From Octopus sinensis (taxonomy: Eukaryota): 64,000 bases of DNA. The translations under genes and the position numbers were made by a program. The notes beneath the pieces are model-generated. The model was not told the origin of the DNA and did not search any database. It saw nothing but the letters and a program-made list of their open reading frames with translations. This document shows, piece by piece, positions 52,669 through 62,749 of this stretch; positions within the stretch are counted from its first letter, which is position 1, and every line of letters begins with the position of its first letter. The DNA lies in NCBI RefSeq assembly GCF_006345805.1, contig NC_043019.1, forward strand, positions 19,591,360 to 19,655,359. Reading direction: 5' to 3'.

Positions 52669-52753
52669 CTGCAAGGAAGACATGCCCAGAGGTGAAAAGA
52701 AATTTGAAGAAACTGTAGATGAATACGATAAAGTAAAAAAGAATAAAGTGATG

Positions 52754-52811
52754 AATAATAACAATAACAATAATAATAACAATAATAATAATAATAGTAA
52801 TAATAATGATG

Positions 52812-52866
<55 letters not shown>

Positions 52867-52877
52867 CAACAATAATA
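52754..52877. repeat. (AAT/AAC)n microsatellite
   Basis: Directly visible; explains the poly-N/I/L ORFs. Confidence 0.95.
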
Positions 52878-53130
52878 AAATGAAAATTCAAGGAGTCAGA
52901 AAAATATAAATATAAATAAGAATAAAATTCTTGGAAACAGGTGAGGGTTTGTGACAGGAAGGGCATCCAGCTGTAGAAAATCTAAGGAGGATATGCTTCT
53001 ATTTTCTGAAGAAAGGTAGGTTAATCATTCCATATTCAATTTGAATGAATAAAAGATAAAGTGAGAAGAAAATAATATAATTAATAAAGCAAATAAATAA
53101 ATATAATTGGAAGCAAAGAGAAAAATAGAA

Positions 53131-53276
53131 GGGGGGGGGAGCAGGAGAGGATTGAGAATGAAATAGGGGGGGAGCAGGAGAGGATTGAGAATGAAATAGG
53201 GGGGGGGAGCAGGAGAGGATTGAGAATGAAACAGGGGGGGAGCAGGAGAGGATTGAGAATGAAACAGGGGGGGGGG
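53131..53276. repeat. ~33-bp minisatellite x4
   Basis: agcaggagaggattgagaatgaaa(t/c)a(g)n. Confidence 0.95.
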
Positions 53277-53620
53277 CTTAAATTGGAATGTCACGCTTTG
53301 TTGATGTTGAAGGATGGTTGTGTTATTTCAAGACCATTAACATGGCATCAACTCACATACACATTAGCACACATGTACATACATACTGATGTTTGTGTGT
53401 ACACACACACACACACAAATGATAGCACAAAGCACTAATTACGAAGCAGTAATTTAAATAGCAGAAGATCAATAATTAGTTTAAATGACCAATTAAAGTC
53501 TTATTCATTTGTATCACTCTATAAATAGATCTTCATACACACAACCATACTGTTTATTAAAAGTAAAAAGATCTTCACAAACTGTTGCTCAGAATTCCAG
53601 GTTACCATTCACGGACTTAC

Positions 53621-53703
53621 CCATATTCAGACTTTGATTAAGCAACAGCGATAACACTTATACAAGACATTTTTGCTATATTTACAATGACCGAAGTTGT
53701 AAA
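53621..53703 (-). other. Speculative 83-nt exon ending ATGG|gtaagt
   Basis: Acceptor ttgtttcag; consensus donor G|gtaagt; mostly 5'UTR-like. Confidence 0.25.
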
Positions 53704-54019
53704 CTGAAACAATGAGCTAAAAAGCATACAAATTAGATAAACAAATGACTAACATATGACTAACATAAGGTGAAATGAAGCAAACCAAAGTATGGGAAAC
53801 ATAAATCTAGAATCAGTCTAACGAGAGAATAAACGAGCAGTATTATTATAGCACCACATTACTTGCTTCTAGTTTAATTAATAGTAAAGATATAAGTAGG
53901 ATCAATGGGACATACATCATATGATGGATTTACAACAGAAAGTTGGTACCTTTTTGTGTACCCTTGGCTAGACATCATGCAATAATTGTAAATGTACAAT
54001 ACAAGTGAGATCGTTCATT

Positions 54020-54200
54020 TCCTGTCTGCCATGGAAAACGTGTCTTGCTTGGAAACAGGTGAGTGTTAGTGACAGCAAGGGCATCCAGCTGTAGAAAATT
54101 TGCATCAACAAATTCTATCTGACCCATGCAAACATGGGAAAGTGGACATTAAATGATGATGATGATGATGACTATGATGTTGATAATAATTATGATGATG
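54020..54200 (+). mobile_element. RTE-type tail fragment
   Basis: gggcatccagctgtagaaa..aacatgggaaagtggacattaaatgatgatgat. Confidence 0.75.
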
Positions 54201-54430
54201 ATGATGATGTTGATGATGAATACAATTACAACTAATAGTGCTGGCATTGCATTGGGGTGGATTAAGTTTTGATGGTTTGAACTTAGCTAAACTTTGTGCA
54301 AAATAAAATGGAGATAAATATGATATTTCAATACAGTTTTTATTGGTAAATTTTCTCTGGTATTTATGTTGTGGTGGTGATGTTTCTTTAATAGCTTGAG
54401 AAATATTTTGGTTATAATTGTTAATACAGC

Positions 54431-54569
54431 TAAATTAATTAGTGGTATAAATTAATTAGTGGAATAAATTAATTAGTGGTATAAATTAATTAGTGGTATA
54501 AATTAATTAGTGGTATAAATTAATTAGTGGTATAAATTAATTAGTGGTATACATTAATTAGTGGTATAA
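54431..54569. repeat. 17-bp minisatellite x8
   Basis: taaattaattagtggta. Confidence 0.95.
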
Positions 54570-55239
54570 ACCACATCATATCTCTTTTCTTGTCAGTTCT
54601 GGTCTTTTTGATATTTTCACCAAATTTAATTTTATCTTGGAATCCACTCCAGAAGAGACCATCATAATAATAATGGAAAGAATCCTAATTTCTCAAGAGA
54701 TTGAATAATCTCAGAGAAACCGGCTTAATTTAATTATTGATTATATTCTTGGGGTAGTTGGAATTCTTGTGAATGCAGTGTAGTGTCTTATTTGCTTTGC
54801 TTTAAAAAGAATATATAGAAGAATTTTAAACATTTAATAATTACATTTTGGAGTGCAAGAATTTGAAATTTGCTTTGTTAACTGATGTAAAAATAACCAA
54901 TGAATAACAATATAAGAATTCCCTAATAATGACAGAGAACCTTCTCTGTAAGTAAAGATTTTAATAAATTTAAATAAATTCTATTTGGAAAATATTTGCT
55001 AAGAATTCCAGTGCCCATTATAGTTCAGTCTGACAATCTAATGGCTGAGTTTTATTCAAAATTATTCCTGTGATCTTTGATGGTAAAATACATTGGTTGA
55101 GAAGTAATTGTTTTAATTCAGTTGCTAGTTTCAAATGAGGTTCATTTTTGGATGAGTGTTAATGTCTGTCAAAATAACCCAGCAATTTTTTGTATTAGTG
55201 AAAATCTGGATAATTTTCATAGTTTTGTCCAAAATGAGA

Positions 55240-55620
55240 TTTGAGGCCAATATAGTGCAAGGGACCATAAAGAAATTCAAAAGACATTGATTGACAGAAA
55301 GCTTAAAGGATAGAATATCATAGACCAGAGAAAAAACAAGACAATAGCATTGAGTTCCAGAGAGCAGCCATTTCAGAAAAGAAGCTACCAGAACAAAAGG
55401 GCTCATGACTAACAGGAAACTCAACAAAGAAATGGTGCCGATAGGAAGAGAAACAAGTGTCACACTTAAAGGTCTTGGCTGAGGGTACTGAACCAGAAAG
55501 ATGATGAGAGCAAATACCATGGAAATAATTATGAACAAAAAAATGACAACTAAGATACATTTCAATGATTAGCCAAATACTTCGAACAAATAGAAAGACT
55601 ATGTTGGCCATTTATCTCCA
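55240..55620 (-). mobile_element. Old CR1/L2-type LINE 3' fragment
   Basis: NYFHGICS..VP..SFF..AALWNS..F..YDILSFK pattern. Confidence 0.6.
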
Positions 55621-56056
55621 ATCTGGCAACAATTTCTAAATCCCATCTAGCAAAACATCAAAAGTGGATGCTCATAATTACTTAACAATTACTGATTTTA
55701 AAGACTTACATTGTTCCATTTGCATCTCAAATCTAACCACCATAGATTGCGCTTCCACACTGAGAAAAACAATTATAATTCTATTTCATACTTACTATTC
55801 TTCTAAAACTTTATTTTTCCTTTCATAAACACTCACTAGTATAATCTAATTTTCAAAACCAAAGGCCTTATAATTTATTCTACATTACAATTAAATCAAT
55901 TTATTGATACTGTAGCATGTTATTACAACTTTATAACTTGACTAGCATATATTTCTTTCATGCATTATAATTCAAAGCATCATTTGTAATTTACATCAAG
56001 TTTTTCTGTTTGACTATCTATATTAACTTCCCTGATATCATTATATATATATATCT

Positions 56057-57553
56057 CGTTGTGGCGAAAGTCACAACACCCTCTGCAAGAATAGACTTGA
56101 CCGAACGACTATAAATCGTAGCGGTCTGAGTGAGAGACGAGAGAGTAGGTGTTACATCATAAAAACGAAGGACACTTTGACAACTAAACAAAAGAGAAAC
56201 GCGAATACGAACCATTTCTGCGACGATATATTAATGTACGCAGAAAGAGTGGTAATACCAACTGCACTACAGAAACGGATGTTCCATGAATTTCATAGTG
56301 GACAGCCGGGGATATGATGAATGAAAGCTTTGATGAGGAGTTACGTGTATTGCTCGATAATGGACCGAGACATTGAAAATTTGGTAAAATCATGTGGAGG
56401 TAGTGCGCTAGCAGCTAAGGCATCACCGATGAAATAGCAATAGTGGTCTGAGGCGGATAGTCCGCGGGCCAAGGTACTGCACTGGACCAGTGAAAGGCAC
56501 TTACTACTTGATTATTGTTGATAGCTTTACCAAGTGGCCGGAAGTATGTAGATGCAGTCAGCCTGCTTCGAAGGCAACAGTAAAGTTCCTGCATGAACTT
56601 TTTGCTCGATACGGTCTTCTGGACACTATAGTATCGGACAATGGAACACGATTTACAAGATACGAATTCAAGAAAATTCTGCAAAATGCATACAAACAAG
56701 CATATGTTTACCCCACCCTACTACCCAAGGTCAAATGGGCAAGCATAACCAGTCATAGGTACTTTCAAGCGAGCGCTAAAAAAGCAAGGAACGAGTTAGG
56801 AAATGACAAAGCGCTAAATTCTTAAAGGCGAACAGAATAAAGCCCAATGTGAATACCAGTTCAGGCAAGTCAACATTTTGATGTCGGAGACAAAGTCCAT
56901 TTCAAAGTATACAAGAATGGTAAAGAGAGTCGGCAGGATAGTGTAGTGATTAAAATTTTTGGAAACATGATGTATTTGATAAAAGGCCAACGATGGGAAC
57001 ATAAACGACATCTAAATCAATTAAAAACCATACATACAGAAGAAAGGAAGGAAATTCTAATGGAAGTGCTTTACGACATGTTTGATGTGCCAGCACTGAA
57101 AGAGATTGATTCTAGGAGCAGTAACAGGAAACGTAATCAGACTGAACGTTTAAAGATAATCCATAAGTGGAAAAAGTACTGAACTCCCTAGGGAAGCAAC
57201 ATTTCAAAAAGGGAGAGGTGTTGGAAAGAAAGGAAGAAAAATAAAATAAATTTTGTTTCCTACGAGAGCTGAAATCTCAAAAAGGGATATGTTGTTTCGA
57301 GAATCATGACACTTCCTATGAGAATAGACTTGATCGAACGTCTATAAATAGTAGCGGTCTGAGTGAGAGACGAGAGAGAGTAGGCATTAACCGCAGGAAG
57401 TTGTAAAGTATCATTTTGGTAGTTTGTCGGAATATCATTTGTTGGTTCGTGGAGAGTTTGTTAGGTCGTCGTTACCCTGTTTCATTATGTATTTTATTGT
57501 TACTAAACAGTTATAGTGGAAAAAGTATCGTCATAAATATTGGCGATACGACA
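56057..57553 (+). mobile_element. Gypsy LTR-retrotransposon remnant (LTR piece, integrase, PPT, LTR)
   Basis: RVVIP..EFHSGQPG..MKALMRSYVY..DIENLVKSC; YLIIVDSFTKWPE; IVSDNGTRF. LTR-like blocks starting at 56057 and 57290 share about 95 bp; polypurine tracts precede TG. Confidence 0.9.
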
Positions 57554-57690
57554 CACAAACACACTCACCCTTTATTGAAAAGCAGCAGAAATATTACAAA
57601 ACTGTTACTCAGAGTTTCACGTTATATGTGCATATACCTATCTAAGACGTTGTATCCATTCACCGTCAGACGATGGTGAGAGGGACAAAT

Positions 57691-57738
<48 letters not shown>

Positions 57739-57974
57739 GTGTGTGACACACACGTATATATACATACATACATACATACATACGTACGTACATATATATC
57801 ATGAACTAACTGTTACTTTCTCAGATGCAGCACGGATTTTTGTCAGTGAACAGGTTGCGGTCTCAAAGCGACGAAAATATTTTGGCATATTAAATTTTAT
57901 ATGTTGAAGTGAATCTAATGGTTTTTGTGTGTTTTTTAAATGGCTTATAAACACCTTCCACGCTGCAATTGGAC

Positions 57975-58090
57975 TTCTTTCAGCTTCTGTCTTTGGTCGG
58001 TCCTAGGCTATAGTAAAATAGTAAAAGACACTTACCGAAAGTGCCATGTGGTTGAGAAGCAAGCTTCTTATCACACAGCCACACCTATGC
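57975..58090 (-). mobile_element. SINE family B 5' part
   Basis: ctttcagcttctgtc..ctttggtcggtcc..aagacacttacc..gtgccatg..aagcttcttatcacacagcc. Confidence 0.7.
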
Positions 58091-58226
58091 CTAAAATAGT
58101 AGGCTTTTCCGATGGGAGAGCTAAAGAAACTGACGCGGATTCTCCAAATCCAATCAATTAGAGGTACAGTGAAAAAATTTGTAAGATATTCAAGGTTCTT
58201 CATCTGAGATTGTTGGGATTGTTTAG

Positions 58227-58385
58227 ATGAGTAAGATGCACACAGTTGGCCGTGTGCATCAACAGTTCAACCAACACATCAACTCAACTACATCCACAAC
58301 GAAGGCTCTGAACTCAAAAAATGTTGTCGTTTTGTTAGTGACCGGCTTGAACTCTCTTCAGAAGAACTTAATAAAACTCAAGGAA

Positions 58386-58431
<46 letters not shown>

Positions 58432-58675
58432 ACACACTCACACACACTCACACACACACTTACACACTCACACACACTCACACACACACTTACACACTCA
58501 CACACACACAGCAAATATGCTTGCACACGTTTCAGATAAATACACTTCAGGTATATACACACACATACGCACAACAGCGATCTGTTATCGCTAACAAATC
58601 CAGTCCCACTGCCAAGTCTGAGGGTTGCCATCAGTATCCTTCCTGTTCAAGCATATGTTCCAAGGAATTTAGATT
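58227..58675 (+). CDS. Candidate upstream coding exon of the SLC16-like gene
   Basis: Open from ATG 58227 to TT|gtaaga; phase 2 matches the acceptor phase at 60318; includes a (CA)n-encoded His-Thr tract. Confidence 0.3.
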
Positions 58676-58975
58676 GTAAGACAAAATTGGAACTTGTTGT
58701 CGCTACCATTGACCTCTGTTGACCTCTGTTAACCCAATATCCAGAAGCCGTCTTGGATCCATCTCACCGCTTTCTTTGAGCCTGACGAGAGAAGTTCTTT
58801 TGATGAGCTTACAAAACTTTAAGTTGCATAGAGCTAAATTAAACTGTTATGAAATGATATATGGAACTCCTACCAAATGTCTCAAGTGCCACTTTCTTTA
58901 GCTTGTCCACTCACACGTGGGTGTATGTGCGCGCACACACACACGAGCGAGTGGACAAGCTAATATAATATAATA

Positions 58976-59207
58976 TAGGGTGTTCAAAAGGTCTCTCCGC
59001 AGTAAGTATTTCATATTTTTCAGGCGATTCTTATACACTGATCCTTTAGCCGCTCCCTTGAAAAAAAGTCTGTCGGTGTTAAATTAGGTGTTCTTGGTGG
59101 CCAAAGTCCCTTCAAAATAATTTGTTCACCGAAAAACTCTTGAAGTAGCGCCATAGTGATGCGCGGTATGAAAAAATTTACTGCGGAGAGACTCTTTGAA
59201 CACCCTG
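58976..59207 (-). mobile_element. 232-bp Tc1/mariner deletion derivative (rosa/DD41D-like)
   Basis: ~30-bp TIRs (t/c)agggtgttcaaa..tctctccgcagtaa; TA flanks; internal EFFGEQII.KGLWPPRTPNLTPTDFF. Confidence 0.85.
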
Positions 59208-59596
59208 TATTATATTGCATATTATATAGAGAATGAGTGGGAGTGACAGCGAGGGAGGGAGAAAGAGAGAGAGAGACCAAGGGAGAAGCAGAGTGAATGT
59301 TTAGATACCTTGTCAATCCAATCTTATCATTTACCATTAAATTTAATCTTAGATTTTTCTTTTCTTTTTCCTTTGTTCAGGACGTTCTACCTTTTGTAAT
59401 CATTATTTTATCTTGCTTTACATTCAGTATTGGTGAACGATATGCTGGAATGTTATAGATTCAAACAAGATCACCTGTTTGATTAATAAGCACCCTTTAT
59501 CATTATTGAACTCTGGCCTCAAACTGTATTTTCAGTGCTAACCACATCTCCTTTGTACTTCTATACTTATTCATTCGGTTTGTTTTCTCACTTTAG

Positions 59597-59845
59597 GACA
59601 GGTGTGGTTGTGTAGTTAAGAAGCTCGCTTTGTAACCATGTGGTTTCGTGTTCAGTTTCAATGTGCCGCATCTTGGGCAAGAGTCTTCTAATATAGCTCT
59701 AGGCTAAACTGTCTAAATGAATTTGATAAACACAAACTGTAAGGGTTCCAGTAGAAGACATTTGCCCAAGGTGCTGTGTTGTGGGACTGAACCTGAAACC
59801 ATTTGACTGCAAAGTGAACTTCTTGACCATACAGCTATACATGGG
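59597..59845. mobile_element. Two SINE family B heads in inverted (convergent) orientation
   Basis: 59597-59706 (+) and about 59745-59845 (-). Confidence 0.75.
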
Positions 59846-59970
59846 CCTAAAATGATCCAGAAAGGGCCTTTTGTTTGTCTGTTGTATATGTCTTTGTGTA
59901 TTGTTGCCAACCTGCCACCAACTCAATATGACACTGTTAATTAAAGACGATGATGTCGCAACTTACTGAC

Positions 59971-60002
<32 letters not shown>

Positions 60003-60079
60003 ACTCCTAAACATCGTTTTCTCCAGTCCTGGGATTCATACCTAGTTTCCATGACTTACAGTATCCTCCCTGAACGCGA

Positions 60080-60236
60080 TGCCAATCTGTCGCAGGGTTA
60101 CACATTTACAGCTCAATGGATTGGAGCAACATGAAATAAAATGACTTGCTCAAGAACATAACACCTAGTCCAAGAATCGAAATCAGGATGTCGTGATTGT
60201 GAGTGGAACAACACCCTAATAATCATTAGGCCACAT
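60080..60236 (-). mobile_element. SINE family C 5' part
   Basis: ggattggagcaacatgaaataaaatgacttgctcaagaaca, as in 16250-16300. Confidence 0.65.
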
Positions 60237-60317
60237 ATCTTCGTCTACTGACAATGACCTTTACAAAACGTTACAATGCTTAAAATACACTTTTGCTTTT
60301 TTTGTGTCTATTTTCAG

Positions 60318-60505
60318 AAACAAATGGCACCAAAGAGCCACCCAGGGCACGCTTGTATTCTGTGGCATGTACATCGCCGCCTGCAGTGTCGGTTACACAA
60401 ATTCATTTGGGGTTCTTTACGCCGAGATCGACTCATATTTCAAAGCAGCAAAAGAAGTATCCGCTCTTGCACCAGGCTTATGTACAGCATTATCTGAAGG
60501 AGCAG
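60318..60505 (+). CDS. Exon encoding TM1-loop-TM2 start of a monocarboxylate transporter-like (SLC16/MFS) protein
   Basis: ttttcag|..NKWHQRATQGTLVFCGMYIAACSVGYTNSFGVLYAEIDSYFKAAKEVSALAPGLCTALSEGA G|gtaag. The G..SFGV....L..YF pattern is typical of SLC16 TM1, and the phase-1 donor at Gly is where I recall an intron in SLC16 genes. Confidence 0.75.
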
Positions 60506-60837
60506 GTAAGAGTTGAACCACGTAGACACACACACACGCACAAAGAAAAAGAAGGTTGTCAGGAGCTGGATAAAAACTATTTATTTAACTCTTTCATCCC
60601 TTTCAGCGACTGATCAGGATCGAACCCTGTCCATGGTAAAAAAATGATGAATACTTTACTCATCATGCTGATTGTTGGATAGGTCATCATCAAACATTTA
60701 CTGTGCCTGTTTCTACCTGTTCTAAATTTTACTTGATGTTGGTAAATTTATTCAATGATGTAATCTATAAATACATAAATAAAATTCTACTGAAACAACT
60801 CTAGTAAATTTTAAACACTATTCGTAAGAAATTTTAA

Positions 60838-60863
60838 GATGTTTCTATTATTTTGTCCAAACC

Positions 60864-60866
<3 letters not shown>
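60838..60866 (-). mobile_element. Solo Tc1-like TIR
   Basis: Minus cagggtttggacaaaataatagaaaca, next to TA. Confidence 0.5.
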
Positions 60867-60953
<87 letters not shown>

Positions 60954-61184
60954 ATATAAACAAACCAAAAAATGGAACAAGAACATAACAGGCGACAGCA
61001 AAACATCTGGACAGTTAGACAATACATAGAAGGACAGGAAAAAACAAGGATGGGTCATTCGGAGCTTTCTACCATCAGTCGAGTTCCAGATCGTCCCTGC
61101 AGTTTCACCTGGTTACACTCGAGACTGCTCCAATCTGGCCAGCCCCAAGAAAATCTAGGACTGGCTAGGTATCATAACATTCGT

Positions 61185-61321
61185 GCGAACAACAAAAGAA
61201 ACAAATGGAGAACAAGACAAGCAGCATAAAGAACAACCCTTCATCAGTTGTCGGCTGTTTTTCTATTCTGTATTTCGAGCAGTGAATTGCTCGAAATACA
61301 GAGTAGTAAAACAGCCGACAA

Positions 61322-61355
<34 letters not shown>

Positions 61356-61369
61356 CTCTCACTCACTCC

Positions 61370-61428
<59 letters not shown>

Positions 61429-61565
61429 TTGTCGGCTGTTTTACTACTCTGTATTTCGAGCAATTCACTGCTCGAAATACAGAATAGAAAAACAGCCGAC
61501 AACTGATGAAGGGTTGTTCTTTATGCTGCTTGTCTTGTTTTCCATTTGTTTCTTTTGTTGTTCGC
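61185..61565. repeat. Nested inverted repeat (palindrome within each arm)
   Basis: Arms 61185-61327 / 61423-61565 around (TA)(CT)(TA); each arm contains an 84-bp hairpin (e.g. 61243-61326). Confidence 0.95.
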
Positions 61566-61750
61566 AAAAGAATTCGTATTCTAGGATTTCGTATTTCGTA
61601 TTTCACGCTGTTTACATTCTGTGACGTGCTGTGTCTATATGTGTATATGTATATACATGTATATGTAAGTATGTACATATATGTATGTATATATGCATAT
61701 ATTATATTATATTATATTATATTATATTATACTATATTATATTATATATA

Positions 61751-61848
<98 letters not shown>

Positions 61849-61869
61849 AAAATGGGGTTAAGAGTCCAT

Positions 61870-62695
61870 ACAAATAGACCATTTGGAAGTGGTCTAACGA
61901 ATGGGACCTGTGTCTGAACGTGTCAAAGTGCTGTCATCTGCCTGTTGGCTCTCCTCCTGCAACTCAACTTGATTTCGAGCTGGGTCGTCTGCTGCTGGAG
62001 AGGACCGATCAGGTAAAGGACCTGGGTATCTTGGTGGATTCCTCCTTTTCGCCTTCGGCCCAGTGCGTCCATGCTGCCAACAAAGCACGCGGAATTCTGT
62101 TCTTGATTCGACGGTCATTCGGAATGCTCACAGCAGCCATATTCCTACCACTCTATGTCACGCTGGTGAGACCCATATTGGAGTACGGGATTCAAGCCTC
62201 TTCTCCTTATCTCCTCAAAGACATACAGCATCTCGAAAGAGTCCAGAAGCTGGCTACCCGCATGGTTCATGGTCTCAAAAATTTGTCCTATGAAGAAAGG
62301 CTGAGGACGCTCGACCTTTATTCTCTTGAAAAACCCCGCCGCCGTGGTGATCTCATTCTCGCCCACAACATCATAAGCGGAAAGTGTAACCTCTCGAAAG
62401 AGATGTTCTTCACTCCTGCTCCAGAGCGTCGGCTGCGGGGTCATTCCGAAAAGCTCTACCTGCGACGATTTCATCTCAATCGAAGGAGAGGAGCTTTCTC
62501 CGTCCGGGTTGCGGATCCGTGGAACAAGCTGCCAGACAAGATGGTGAAGATACCAACGACCGCTTTGTTCAAAGCCTCCCTTGACCTCAAGTGGCCTGAA
62601 CTCTTTACATGAACACCACCCTGTACTTAACTCCATGTCCCCCTACATGGCCTTGCTATTTGCTTTTGAGCCAAATTAACTAACTAACTAACTAA
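61870..62695 (+). mobile_element. Young 5'-truncated CR1 LINE
   Basis: Uninterrupted 230-aa frame 61920-62612 (KDLGILVD..LYVTLVRPILEY..LERVQKLATRM..RRRGDLI..RVADPWNKLP); hairpin ccatgt/acatgg; (TAAC)n tail. Confidence 0.95.
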
Positions 62696-62749
62696 AATCA
62701 AAAATTCTTTTTAAAAAGGTTAAAAAAAAATTTGGAAAACTCACAGAAG

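Noticed and set aside
52559-52966. Poly-Ile/Leu/Asn ORFs
   Set aside because: (AAT)n translation; only the distal 110 nt are kept as a speculative exon.
54690-54735. ctcaaga..gaaaccggct hammerhead-like string
   Set aside because: Core and stem II register cannot be fitted convincingly.
58780-58815. CTGACGA followed by a weak hairpin
   Set aside because: No GAAA in position.
60293-60613. Alternative frame MAPKSHPG.. starting at ATG 60324
   Set aside because: No family resemblance; the other frame fits SLC16 TM1 and the splice phase.
61495-61515. CTGATGA preceded by gctcGAAA read as a type-II hammerhead
   Set aside because: Stem II strands (gctc versus aggg) do not pair.
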